DNA of 64,000 nt, from NCBI RefSeq assembly GCF_006345805.1, contig NC_043003.1, positions 101,866,001 through 101,930,000 on the forward strand. The letters run 5' to 3'. The notes beneath the pieces were generated by a model, which made no database searches, had not been told where the DNA came from, and saw only the letters and a program-made list of their open reading frames with translations. How positions within the stretch are numbered: the first letter of the stretch is position 1; every line of letters begins with the position of its first letter. Source of the stretch: Octopus sinensis. Its lineage: Eukaryota. Position numbers and translations under genes: made by a program. Positions 41,139-53,483 of this stretch are shown in pieces.

Positions 41139-41755
41139 GAGGAAAAATCAAAACCAGGCAGAATGAGTATCTTAAGTCATTTAGAATAATTTAATTAGGG
41201 TAACGTGAATTTGAAGTCTTACAGCTTTTTCTGGGATAACCCAAGTTGTTGGTTAGCACTGGGTTGGTTAGCACTCATCAGAGAGAGACAAGGTATGAAT
41301 ACTTTAGATGGTGAAAATTTACAGTTTACAAGGAATAAATATTCACAGTTTATAAGGATTACAATAGAAGAATATGAAGTAGTAAAATAGAAGAATAAAG
41401 AGTAAAAGTAGTTCAAGGGATATAGGCAGGAGAATTGTATCAACCAACATCCATATCCGCTGGAAAAAGAGGAGTTGTGAACATTAATCTCCTACCTATA
41501 TTCTTCGAACTACTTTTACTCTTTGTTCTTCTATTTTACTACTTTATTCTATTGTAATCGTTATAAACTGTGAATTTTCCCCATCTAAAATATTCATACC
41601 TTGTCTCTGATGATGGAATACCCAATGCACGGACATGCTAACCAACCACTTGGGTTGTTCCAGAGACAGCTGTAAGTCTTCAAATTCACCTTACCCTAAT
41701 TAAATTATTCTAAACGACAGGAGATACTTGTTCTGCCTGGATTTGATTTTTCCTC
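41139..41755. mobile_element. Inverted pair of PLE-type terminal repeats (arms about 270-300 bp), each with a degenerate hammerhead
   Basis: 41139-41435 mirrors 41486-41755. Hammerhead relics are at 41603-41678 (+) and 41216-41290 (-). Confidence 0.75.
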
Positions 41756-42029
41756 TAATATAATATATACATACTATAACAGAACCCTAACACAGATCCC
41801 TAGGTCCAGCCTTAGCTGTGATTCTGGAACCTAATGGTCGACCAGCTATAGCACTTACCCAGCATACCTATTCATTTAGATCACAAGTGAACTAAAACCC
41901 TCATTTTTTTATATATATATATATATTACTCATACACTTAAAAACATGTGTGTATACATTTATATGTGTGTATGAGTGTGTGTATACACACACACACACA
42001 AATACATACATCATACATACTACACATAT

Positions 42030-42330
42030 ACAGTGGAAGTCGACGACTTCTTAAACACATTTCTCTTTCAGAAACATCTCATGTTTCGTTCCCCATCACT
42101 GATGATGTCTCATCCGGTTCCTAAGGCCTGCAAGGGACCTACAAGTCATTCCACACTGGCCACAGGTCAGCGTTCCAGCAACAGCCTGACCATCTAGATG
42201 ATGGGACATACAATGCCGAGTGAATCCACTCGGTCAATCTACAGGCTGTTACATAAAGTGCACAAGAGGTCATGCTGGATATCACAGGAGTGCCTCTGTG
42301 CCCATGTTTGCGGATGAGTATGCCTTCCTT
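42030..42330 (-). mobile_element. RTE LINE 3' fragment
   Basis: Minus frame LTCGQCGMTCRSLAGLRNRMRHHQ* (terminal zinc finger). Confidence 0.65.
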
Positions 42331-42415
42331 TGATATATATAAATATATTAAAAATGGAGAAGGCCAGTTTATGGGATTACCCTAGGTTTCCTAAATCCTT
42401 CATTTTATATCAACT

Positions 42416-43047
42416 TTGGGGGCTAATGCAGTTTTGCACCTCTCCTTGAAAAATGAAATTTTTTTTTCCAGATTCATACGTTTTAGATGTCGGAGATCCC
42501 GAATATGCAAATTGATGCAGTACCAGGCAGTGGCTCTCATGGCTTCTGATCTTAACTGATTGGAAGTGTTATCATGTATATTGTTTTGTCTTGGTATAAA
42601 AGATGGGCTACAGCAAATATTCTGCTCAATACCACAGATTTGCTTGTCAGTTGTTTGACCTTAACCAGTTGAGCATGTCCCTTAGTGGCTGACGATATGT
42701 GCATCTCTGATCACGAGCAGAAGTAGAGGGGGAGCATCATAGCCATGTGTTGAGAGGGGTTATTTCACCTCTGGAAACATGGGTGTTTCATTTAACATCC
42801 TTAAACAACCCTTATTCAGGGACCTTTTGAGTGGGATGGGTTACTCAACCTTTTGAAAATTCTAACTGGGCCCTACTTGCAAGGTCATATGCTGTTTATC
42901 TTGATATGAGATCGCCATGTCGCGCACATGTGGTTGTGATGCATGTGCCTGGTGTACCCTTATCAGACGGGTAGTCATGATGGGTATACTGGGCTTCGTA
43001 TATTTTACCCCAGTGTCACTTTGATGACATACACTACTCTCTCACTC

Positions 43048-43093
<46 letters not shown>

Positions 43094-43801
43094 GCAATAA
43101 TAATAATAATAATAATAATAACCCCCAACACCACTCCCCCTCCCATTTAAAATTTTGAACTTTTTCGAAATTTTCCCCCTATGTTTTAGATGACGGAGAT
43201 TCCGGATATGCAAGAAACCACGTTTTGAAACTTAAATTTAATAAGCATATAGATATGTGTATAAAGAGATAGATATGAAAGTCTTCCTGCGGCTAAAAAC
43301 AAAAGTAACACTGTAGGACCGCCACATTTAGTTGACAAATATATTTTATGAATAAACGGATGGGGATAAATAGATAGACAGACACATAAATAAATGGATG
43401 AAAAGTTCAAAATTTAAAATTGGAGGAGGGCTGAAACTTGAGCCCCTTATTAAACTTTATAACAATTATTAAATATCAATGTTTGTTTCTCATAAAATGA
43501 TGTGTATTTAATTTACATTAAACTATTATTATTTACGATTATTTAAGGCAAACACAAGTAAAACGTAAATTCTTTTCACTTTAATGTTTTTGTATTTAAT
43601 TTCGATTTGCATATGTTCGTCAAGTCGCTACGATCTCTTTAAAGTAAACAAAATAAAAAAATTTAATTGGGGGTGGGTAGGGGTGAATTTTTTTTTTCCT
43701 TGCATATTCGTAATCTCCGACATCCAAAGCGTAGAAATCGGAAAACCATTTTTTTTAAATGCATTTTTCAAGAAGAAGTGAGAAACTGCATTAGCCCCCA
43801 A
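42416..43801. mobile_element. TIR element with about 100-bp diverged inverted ends and a nested retroposon
   Basis: ttgggggctaatgcagtt...gatgtcggagat...aatatgcaa (42416-42510) is mirrored at 43698-43801. A subterminal copy of the motif lies near 43185. Confidence 0.65.
42513..43121 (+). mobile_element. Retroposon 3' portion ending in an (AAT)n tail
   Basis: Non-coding body ending actctctcactc followed by about 70 bp of AAT repeats. Confidence 0.6.
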
Positions 43802-44740
43802 CTTTTTTTAAGAATGAACAACGAAGAGTATATAAAACAAATCGAAATGACAATTTAAGATAAACAATGATTTATCATGACCAATCACGAGGTTTAAATT
43901 TTCTAAGATAAAAGAAATATAATCGATAGAATCGATCTAGTATATAAATGGCATTGGTTTTATCGACGTCCTTACATTTTAGAGAACGAAAAGGATTTGA
44001 TGAAACTGGAAAATGACCAGTACTGCAATACATTCGGTAATTGAATGTAAATGGATTATTTTACACCGATTTACAAACCTTAAATCTACTGCATAAAACA
44101 AGGCTTGTGTAAGCATGAGGTGCTATTTTCATGATGTTAACCGAACATAAAATCAAAGGCGTTCCAATTGCGACCATCCAAGACAGAGAGTAGTATATAG
44201 TGAACTAATAATATCCAGTGTTTTTATATTTTATTTTTTCTATCAAAGATGGGGTGTGGTGTTTGAAATTAAAATGATGAGTATCATATCAGTAACTGGA
44301 TTTAATTAACTTTTGGAAATGGAATAAGATCGTGTGCGGCAAACACAAGTACAATCAAACGTTTCGAGTTAACCCTTCGTCGGCGAAGAAATGACGAAAG
44401 GGATCCGTCGGAAGTCTTAGAATTTACCTCTTTTAAGGGCACAAGAACTTTAAATTTCTGAAATTTGTTACATAATTTTACGGTAATTTCTTCGGACTCA
44501 ATTTTCTTTAATTAGTTTACTTATCTATCTTATTACCCTATCTTACACATTACACACACACAAAATAAAAAGAGGATTACGGTAAAATGAATAAATGCAT
44601 ACATCAATTGTTTGAACTTTCTTAAATCCGTGTTCGACAATTATTTGTAAACAGGCAAGAAAGTCACAAAAATGCTAGAAAAGAAGGGAGGAATATTAAA
44701 ATTTAGAAAATGAGTAAAGAAATGAGAATAAATAACTTAC

Positions 44741-44899
44741 CATGCCACCAAGCATCAGATCTTGGTCGTCGGTAAGTATGAAAATAATATTCGGCTTTTG
44801 TATGGCATAACTGAGATGAAAAACAGAGCAAACATATAAAGAGATGAAAAACAAGAAAACACATCGACAAGACATTTTCTCTGTATTGAGCGTCTGCAT
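44741..44899 (-). CDS. GNS: First coding exon of a sulfatase, most similar to N-acetylglucosamine-6-sulfatase; start ATG at 44899 or 44875
   Basis: Translation MQTLNTEKMSCRCVFLFFISLYVCSVFHLSYAIQKPNIIFILTDDQDLMLGGM is a hydrophobic signal-like stretch followed by the sulfatase N-terminal motif PNIIFILTDD. It matches my recollection of vertebrate GNS (RPNVVLLLTDDQDEVLGGM). A canonical phase-0 donor GTAAGT follows at 44740-44735. SULF1/2-like identity is not fully excluded from one exon. Confidence 0.85.
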
Positions 44900-44954
44900 G
44901 TGGTTAGCAGACCCGGCCTGGTTCGGTGTACGATGAACTAATGCCCTCTCCAAA

Positions 44955-44981
44955 TATATATACCGGAGTCGTGTGACGTCA
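44955..44981 (-). promoter_or_regulatory. Candidate core promoter of the sulfatase gene: CRE palindrome and TATA-like run
   Basis: TGACGTCA at 44974-44981 and a TATATATA run at about 44955-44962 lie 55-80 bp upstream of the first ATG in locally CpG-rich unique sequence. Motif match only. Confidence 0.4.
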
Positions 44982-45065
44982 GTTTAATATGGCTGTCTGT
45001 AGATACTTGAAGATGTTTTTTAAAACTATTTTGATAATACGCAAAAACAAACATACTGAAAATGA

Positions 45066-45754
<689 letters not shown>

Positions 45755-46118
45755 GGCACAGGAGTGGCTGTGTGGTAAGAAGCTGGCTTCCCAACTACAT
45801 GGTACTGGGTTCAGTCCCACTGTGTGTCACCTTGGGCAAGTGTCTTCTACTATAGCTTTGGGCCCACCAAATCTTTGTCAGTGGATTTGGTAGACGCAAA
45901 CTGAAAGAAGCCTTCGTATATATGTATATATTTGTGTGTTTGTGTTTGTCCCCCCCCCACCATCGCTTGACAACTGATATTGGTGTTTACGCCCCCATTA
46001 CTTAGTGGTTCAGCAAAAGAAACCGACAAAATAAGTACTAGGCTTACAAAGAATAAGTCCTGCGGTTGATTTGTTCAACTAAAGGCGATGCTCCAGCATG
46101 ACCACAAGTAAAAGTAAA
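45755..46118 (+). mobile_element. tRNA-derived SINE, family A
   Basis: Head ggcacaggagtggctgtgtggtaag...gggttcagtccc; tail gctccagcatgaccacaagtaaaagtaaaa (terminal stem-loop deleted). Confidence 0.88.
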
Positions 46119-46140
46119 AATATCTATATAAATGTGTGTT

Positions 46141-46185
<45 letters not shown>

Positions 46186-46419
46186 TATATATATACATAC
46201 ATACCGGTGTGTATCAGAAAAATTGTCCAAATTTTAGATTCAGCTTTGAACCTTTGTATTTCAGGAATGCTTAAAAATGACTTTATGGAATTTTCAAAGG
46301 TTTTTCCAAAACTATTGAACTCTACTCTGAGCAAGATAAACCATTGATTAATCGTCAAGCTTACCAGAAGAATCGTGATGAAGTTGACCATGGACGAAAA
46401 TGACATTTTCAGAAATAAT

Positions 46420-47330
46420 TAACCATACCTCAGGATTGAGTGCTAATAAAGGATTGGAATAAGGTTCAAATGGCAGTTTTATTTCAAAGCACCAGAGACA
46501 ATTCTGGCCGAAATTTTATCTGTTAGGCATCAAGAGTTGCTCCTCTTTCGGCAATAACTTCCCTATCTGGAACGTAAACCTGAAGTTCTTAGCAATTGCG
46601 TTGGGGTTTCCCTCGTCTCTCGCCTCAGGATATTCAGAAACAATCCAGGTCTTTACATTTTTCAAAACCTGAACATAACAAATTCTTGTCAGTCTCTTAG
46701 CCTTTTCAAACTTGATCAAAGGCATCTTCTTGCCATTACAGGTCACACAGGCGAAAATCATCACCCTGGCAGGGTTTTGCACCTGAAAATGATATTTCTT
46801 TCTCTCTCGTGAGGAGGTGAAGCCAGAACGCAGTTGTTGCGTCTGTTTGTGCGCGTATCTTGAGTGAAATTCTCCTTATCTGGGTAGAAGATCACTCCAG
46901 CATTATGTTTCACTTTATTCAAGATGATCTTAACGATCTCCAACCTTCTATCCTCTTATCCTGGAGTAACAAGGAACTTCACGGGTCTCACTACGATTTC
47001 ATTTCCAAGTCTTCTGTCACCGATCTCGGAACTTTCATAGCCGAAACTCCTCTCTGACGTGCCAAACATCTTATGGATTGAGTTGGATCTCTTCTGATTG
47101 ATCTCCTCAATTCCATATTGAAGCAATGATTCCTCTTGTGGTTATGACCTCCTCATCCAGTTTTCCTTTCCACTATTTCCTCTTTCTTAAACTTATTCCC
47201 AATGCTCTTGATGGTTCTTGAAAGGACTTTGAAGATGGAAGCTAGTTCACTGATTCTTACAAAAACTGGTGTCATTATGGCCAGATGTCTTTCCTGGAAA
47301 AATGGAAAATTGCAAATCGATTTGTTTATT
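46420..47330 (-). mobile_element. Degraded Tc1/mariner-superfamily transposase (maT/DD37D-like)
   Basis: IFYPDKENFTQD...NRRNN...; PARVMIFACVTCNGKKMPLIKFE...YVQVLKNVKTWI. Confidence 0.7.
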
Positions 47331-47539
47331 GATTTTAAGAAATTTTAAGAAATTTTAAGAATTTGGGAAGAATTTTGCTGTTACACTTGGTATATACACG
47401 ATGGATTCTCTCGTCGTGAGTGACAAATGAAGGTTCAGTGAAATAAAGCGGTAATCATATTCTATAGACACTAATGTATCTCTTGAGTCTTGCTGGTGCC
47501 TTGCAAACCTTTTGGCAAATAGAACAAGCTGAGAATTCA

Positions 47540-50500
47540 GTTTGCTCGAGTGCTTGTGGATCAATAACTATGTGTTTTCTTAAGTGGACGGCAAGGCCGG
47601 CTTTGCTTCATGTCACAAAACCACAATGACAGGTAAGGTTTCCATTTAGAGGAGCAGAGTTTAGCTTGCCTGAAGTTTGTCCCGATGTTGGAGCTGACTT
47701 TGCTCAAATCTCTGAACTGAGGAGAAGCAGGACTGGTGCCAGGTCCTGCATTCTGATGCTTTGTTTTCCCAGGAAGAAAAAATACATCGGTTCAGTTTGT
47801 CTTTTAGCTTGTCCTTGAAGCGCAAGAGTGGCCTTCCAACTGACCTTCCTGTTAGGAGTTGGCCAAAGTAATGTTGCTTTGGAATTCTGATATCATTTGA
47901 TAAGGATAGTTTATGATATGCTGCATTTTGTTAGCATCTCACTGTTACGAATATGGACATTCGGTTTTACGTTGGAGGTAGTATGCATGCACCACATATA
48001 AAAAGCGTCAAGCTGGTTAATGTGCTTCCGGTACAGGGTCTAAGATTCAGCATCATAAAGCAATGATGTCAGAACCACTGACTTATGTTCATCGACTGTC
48101 ACCTTCAACGATTTGTTCCAAAGCCTGTGATAAACTTTTTAGCTAGAAGGGAGTGTCTCTGGACCTCAAAATACAAATTCTTGCTTCTCATGAGTTGCAT
48201 ATAAAATGGCGGAAATAATACCAGAAATGAGCTTTCAAGTTACAGAGACACTTTATTCTTCAGCTAAATAAAATTATACATTGGAGCAGATTAATACATC
48301 ACAAAGTTGTCTGTAGAAAATCATACATAGTTGGCTTTTCAACTCAGTCAAACTTGGTTACATGTGCTTCAACAGGAACAAAAATAAGGTGGCAAAGCTT
48401 CCTGAAAACAAACTCGCCATTCTCCTGCTTTCTCTCACTGCATTGCCCATATAGATTTTACAGCGCTTTTATAAGCAAAAAGAGGTTCAAACTAGCATTT
48501 AGAATATGCCACTTTTGGTGGTCAATTGCGCAACGCGATTGGATACAAACTCCGTATCCCGCATAAAACTATTAGGTTGTTCCAAAAATAATGGCCAATT
48601 TCAGAAGCATAATTTTATTCTGGAAAAATTGACAATAGAAATGTCTTGATTAGTCAAAGTATGAGCCATGAACATCTATGCATGTCTGCCATCGATCAAC
48701 AAGATTATTTATGCCTCATTGATAAAAATTTATTGGCTTTGCTGCTAAGAAATTCTTGAAAGCTGATTCCACCTTCGATTTGGACCTGAAAATTTTATCA
48801 CTTAAAAACGTGTTTAAATGCTTTAAAAAAATGGTAGTCAGTGGGTGAAAGATCAGGAGAATATGGAGGATGTGGTAAAGTCTTGTATCCAAGTCTGTGA
48901 GTTTTTGCAGCGTCATTCTTACAACATGTGGCTTTGCATTATCGTGGAGCAGAATTGGGCCACACCAGTTCAACAATGCATTTTTTGCAAGTGAGAATGC
49001 ATTTCAGCGAGTTGATTGCAATAAACCTTTGCTGTAATGATCTGATTGGTAGTAGTTTGGGAGGCATTGTATCCAAACTTGAACTCATGCAAGAAAAGTA
49101 AGCGATGTTCCTTTTTTTTTGTCATGTTCATAATTAAGGGTGCCTATGCTTCAGGAATGTTTTCTGTCTGAAATAAGTATAGAATTATTAAAGAGCATAC
49201 ATCAATTATTAAGTATGTTGAAATTCACCTAAAATATAATTAAAATACTATTATAAAATTGCGTTTCAAAACACAACATTTTGAGAGGTCATTATTTTCA
49301 GAACAACCTAATAGATCAATCCAAATGCCAGACTCAACCAGTTGCCTTAAGCTGAAAATCATATCCACTGAGTCTCTACCAGCCCGAAAGCCACACTGAG
49401 ATTCAGGCAACACTAAGCTGGCAAGGGTATCATTTAGTCTGTTTAAGATAACCTTTCCAGGGATCTTCCCATGAAATACATGAAAGGGGAATACTTCTAT
49501 GGTTATCACATTCACATTTGTTGCCTTTGTGCTTGTAAAAATGGACAATCTTTAAACTCCTGAGGGACTGATCCTGATTCTCAGATAAAGTAGTGGAGTT
49601 CATATAATTTGTTCAGTAGGAGATTGCTGGTATGCCATTGTTCTCAGATGACTTTCCATTTGTGAACGTTTTTATGGCCTTTTTCATCTCAGTATTTGAT
49701 GAAGCAACTGACAGTTCTTCAAGGACTGACTTCTGTGGTAGGTTGTTGATCAGTTCTTCATCAACAACTGAATCCATATTCAGAACATTTGAAAAATGCT
49801 CTATCCAGTGCTTCGTGATTTTTTTTTCTATCAAAAGATTATCCTCAGTTGAAAGTATGGAAGTTGAGCCACCAGATAGAGGTCCAAAAACACCCTTTAA
49901 ATTCTGATAGAATGACTTGAAATTACATCTGTCCACAGCATCCTGCAACTATTCTGCCTTCTTTCGTCACCATGTCTGTTTCATTTGCTTCAGTTGAGAT
50001 TGGCATGTATTTCTGGCCTTTTTGAACTCGTTGCGTTTTGTGGCATTATCTTTGTTTGACAACCATTGATAGAGGCACTTGTGCATATTGTCCAAAAGAG
50101 GAGAGATGTTTGAATCATTTGAGTCGAGCCAATCTTGGTGCTTCCTCTTAACATACCCGAGTGTATCACAAGATGACTCAAATACAGCATTTTTAAAAAC
50201 AGACCACGCTGATTCAATATCTGTATTATCTAAGATGCCAGCAGGTTTGTTGTCACAAGTTGTTTGAAATGAGGATAAATTATCATTGTTCCTCAGCTTT
50301 CTCACATCCACTTTTTGAATTGGCCGAGTGCTATTGTTATGAATAGGAGTGAGGAAAGTAAAATTCACCTATCGTATCAGTCTATGGTCAGACCAGAACT
50401 GCCAATGGAGAAAGAACGTGTTACTTGGACATCTTCCCTCATAGAAGACCTCACAATTATGTAATCAGTGAAGTGATACTGGTTGGATCGGAAATGCTTC

Positions 50501-51300
50501 CAGGTAGTTTTTTGGTGGTTGGGGAGTTGGAAAATAGTATTGGTACTCAAAATTCCATACTCACTGCAAATCAATAGCAGCACGCGGCTGCTCAAGTTTG
50601 CCTTGTCAACCCCATGCTTCCCTATTACGTACCATATGGATGTTTCACAACCTATGCGTGCATTGAAATTACCAAGGGGAGGTCTATCATGAATGGATAC
50701 ACCTCTCAACTGGTTATGTAGCTCAGAGTAGAACTGCTCTTTAACTACTTCATTTGAGTTCATGGTTTGAGCATAGCAGCTGCAAATAGTTGCATATTTA
50801 TTCTTGCTAATGCAGATACGGAATTACATGAGGTTTTCTCTAATGCCATTCAAAACGTTTCACCAAGTCATTCCGAATAGCAAACCTAACACCTACCTCT
50901 TTCTTTATTTCCCGAAGCTTACCCATCCAGAAAAAAGTGTATCCACCATCAACTTCCTGTAGCTGATCACAGTCCATTAGTCTGGTTTCAGAAAGAGTTG
51001 CTATTCCAAAGTTTTTCTTTTCAAGACACGGACAACCAAAGCGGCCGTACATTCTATGTTTATCTGGCTGTCCTGAAGAGTTCACACATTCTGAGATGCA
51101 CTGAAAAGGTTTTTCTTTTTCGATCTGCTTAATCTTCTAGTGCAGGTTTGGATACCCAGTCATTTGCACCTAATGACAAGAAACAATGCGAGTAATCAAT
51201 TTTTAGGTCGCATTTTCGTGACCCCCTCCTCCATAGGAGGATAGCAATGCCATCCTATACAGAGCTGCTTTGTTGTGAAAGAAGGACACAATTTACACAA
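47540..51300 (-). mobile_element. Near full-length, heavily degraded RTE-clade LINE interrupted by a mariner
   Basis: Relics of FGIATLSETRL, YTFFWMG, GNFNARIG, TTWKHFRS, TLGYVKRKHQDW, PESQCGFRAGR...DMIFSLRQL and GRPLLRFKDKL run along the minus strand. Confidence 0.88.
48572..49311 (-). mobile_element. Internally deleted mariner, same family as 33915-35230
   Basis: TA-flanked TIRs ttaggttgttcc / gaacaacctaa; GPILLHDNAKPHVVRMTLQKL; inserted in the RTE RT region. Confidence 0.92.
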
Positions 51301-51679
51301 TTATTCGTAGATGTTGTGTATAGCAGCCATCTGCTTTTCACCACCTATGTACGAAGTTCAAGCTAAGAACATCTTTCACCTGTTCCCATCGCTATCCCTT
51401 CATCGTCATTTTATTTTGTTGTTTTTTTTAGTGGGGGGTACACACTCTCCATCAAAATATGGTGATGGTATTTGCTGATAGTATTTTACTGAACTACCAG
51501 CACATGGTTTTGTTTATAGTGGTCAATGCTTGTACTGCACAATGCGCACTCTTTCCATCAAAAAAGCATTTACCTGTGTGTGTCAAGTGCTAAATCGATC
51601 GCATAGTTGAGATCAGAGTGGTGTAGCGTACACTCGAGTGAAATTCCTCTCCCCTTTATTATATATGCATACATTCGAA

Positions 51680-53428
51680 TGTAACCGATAACAGCTAACA
51701 TTTGGCCGCCATTTGGATCCCGTTGTGTCCACTATTCTGATTGGTTGGTATCAGTGTAATTTGTCTCTTACTTTGTCGCTCCAATATGCAGCATATAACC
51801 AATTGGAGCTCTAAATAAGATCACGTGAGACAATCTTTTCTCAACCCCCTTTGAACCTGCTGTTCATTATAAAACTCACCTTCTCTTCGTCTCAAAGTCT
51901 TTGGTTCCAGACCTTCTAAGATCTAGCCACTGACCACACGAGACACAGCCACTTCCAACGACAACACCAGACACCCAGGTGTCAACACAGCGCTGTTCGT
52001 GAATTACTTCACTATGGTTTAACAACAAATATACAACATGCGAGCCAGACGACAACACCCATCCAACAGCATTACGGCAATCTTGTAGTGACACCATTTT
52101 GGAAGTCTTCAGCGCACATGCGCAGAGTTGGATTTCTTCCAGGAGGCCACCGGAAGTTCCCTCATGCGCATGCACAGAGAACTACCAGCAGCAAAACTTC
52201 CCATGTATCGATCTCTCTCGAAGCTGACACCGAATTGAACGGACACGTCCTCATAGCTCTACCAAGCAGCCACCACATGGTGAAGCTACACTACGCTGGA
52301 ATGGAGCAGGATTTGGTTCACACCATTTAACCACAGCGACTACCTCCATGGCTACCGATTTGCCCCGAAGGAAAGATATATACAGGGTGTCCCCAAAAAA
52401 TGTATACACACTTTAGCAGCTGATAACTCAATTGATATTTTTTCTTTCCAGATGAAACCTATAGGATTTAATGATAGCAGTCAGATTAAGCTTTGAACAA
52501 AGAAAATTCATTCTAAAATGATACTGGAAGTGTGAAAATGCAGTTGAAGTGCAAAAACAGTTGGGGAGGGAGTTTCAAACAGATCCACCAATGCAACTCC
52601 CTATCACTTGAATTAGAGATAAGTTTGAAGCTGATGGAACTGTTCAGAATGTCCACGATAAGCATTCCAGAAGACCCCGAACATCAACAACCCCAACAAA
52701 GCAAGGAGAACTGGAAATGAATCACCAAAGTCCAAGTGGTTTATCATCAAGAGGATTAATTGGACCATTCTTTTGTTATGCTACTGTGACTGGTCCCGTT
52801 TACTTGAACTTGTTGCAACAGTCTGTTATGCCAAGCATTAGAGAAGACTTTGAAGATGAAGAGTTTTATTTTCAGCAAGATGGGGCACCCCCACACTACC
52901 ATTGCTATGTTAGATCCTTCCTTGATGAGATCTTGCTAAACAGGTGGATTGGATTAAGAGGTATGGTTGAATTCACCAGACCTCACACCACTAGACTTTT
53001 TTATGGGGATACCTTAAAGACAAATTCTACGCTATGAAACCTACAAGTCGCTGATTTGAGAGCAGCCATTGGACGAGAGTGCACACAAATACCAAACAAA
53101 TTCTTTTGTGATATTTGTGATTCCATTCCTTTGCATTGTCAGCAGTGCCTGGACCAGACCGGACATCAGTTTGAAAACAGGCATTGACAAAACAATAAAA
53201 TAATGTCTGTAGATTCTATTAAATTTTGAAAATGAAGTGTCTTTTAATAAACAACTACTTTACAATTGTTTAAAGTGTGCATACATTTTTTTGGGACACC
53301 CTGTATATATATTATTGCGAATCCAGGAAATAAAAATATTTATGTTGTTGAAGATATTCGAAGTCTTGGTTTTCCTTTGGCAAATAATTTAATGTAAGGG
53401 ATGAGACCTGCACCCCTCAAGTGTTACA
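51680..53428 (+). mobile_element. Possible solo LTR (about 825 bp excluding the inserted Tc1)
   Basis: TGTAAC...GTTACA termini, CCAAT, CACGTG, TATAAAA and AATAAA in order. An internal 250-bp part recurs at 61601-61852. No TSD found. Confidence 0.4.
52383..53303 (+). mobile_element. Tc1/mariner-superfamily transposon, internally deleted, both TIRs
   Basis: TA-flanked TIRs CAGGGTGTCCCCAAAAAATGTATACACACTTT / AAAGTGTGCATACATTTTTTTGGGACACCCTG; [17 protein letters not shown], (L)TPLDFF(L)WG relic. Confidence 0.92.
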
Positions 53429-53483
53429 GACCTTTCATCTTATTACAATCTCTTTCTTCGTGTGAAGACAAATGTACATTCTT

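Noticed and set aside
42070-42130. CTGATGA hammerhead core
   Set aside because: No downstream GAAA or stems; it is the antisense of an RTE zinc-finger end.
44968-44981. CLEAR (TFEB) element for a lysosomal gene
   Set aside because: GTCACACGAC differs from GTCACGTGAC in the CACGTG core; it is better explained as a CRE.
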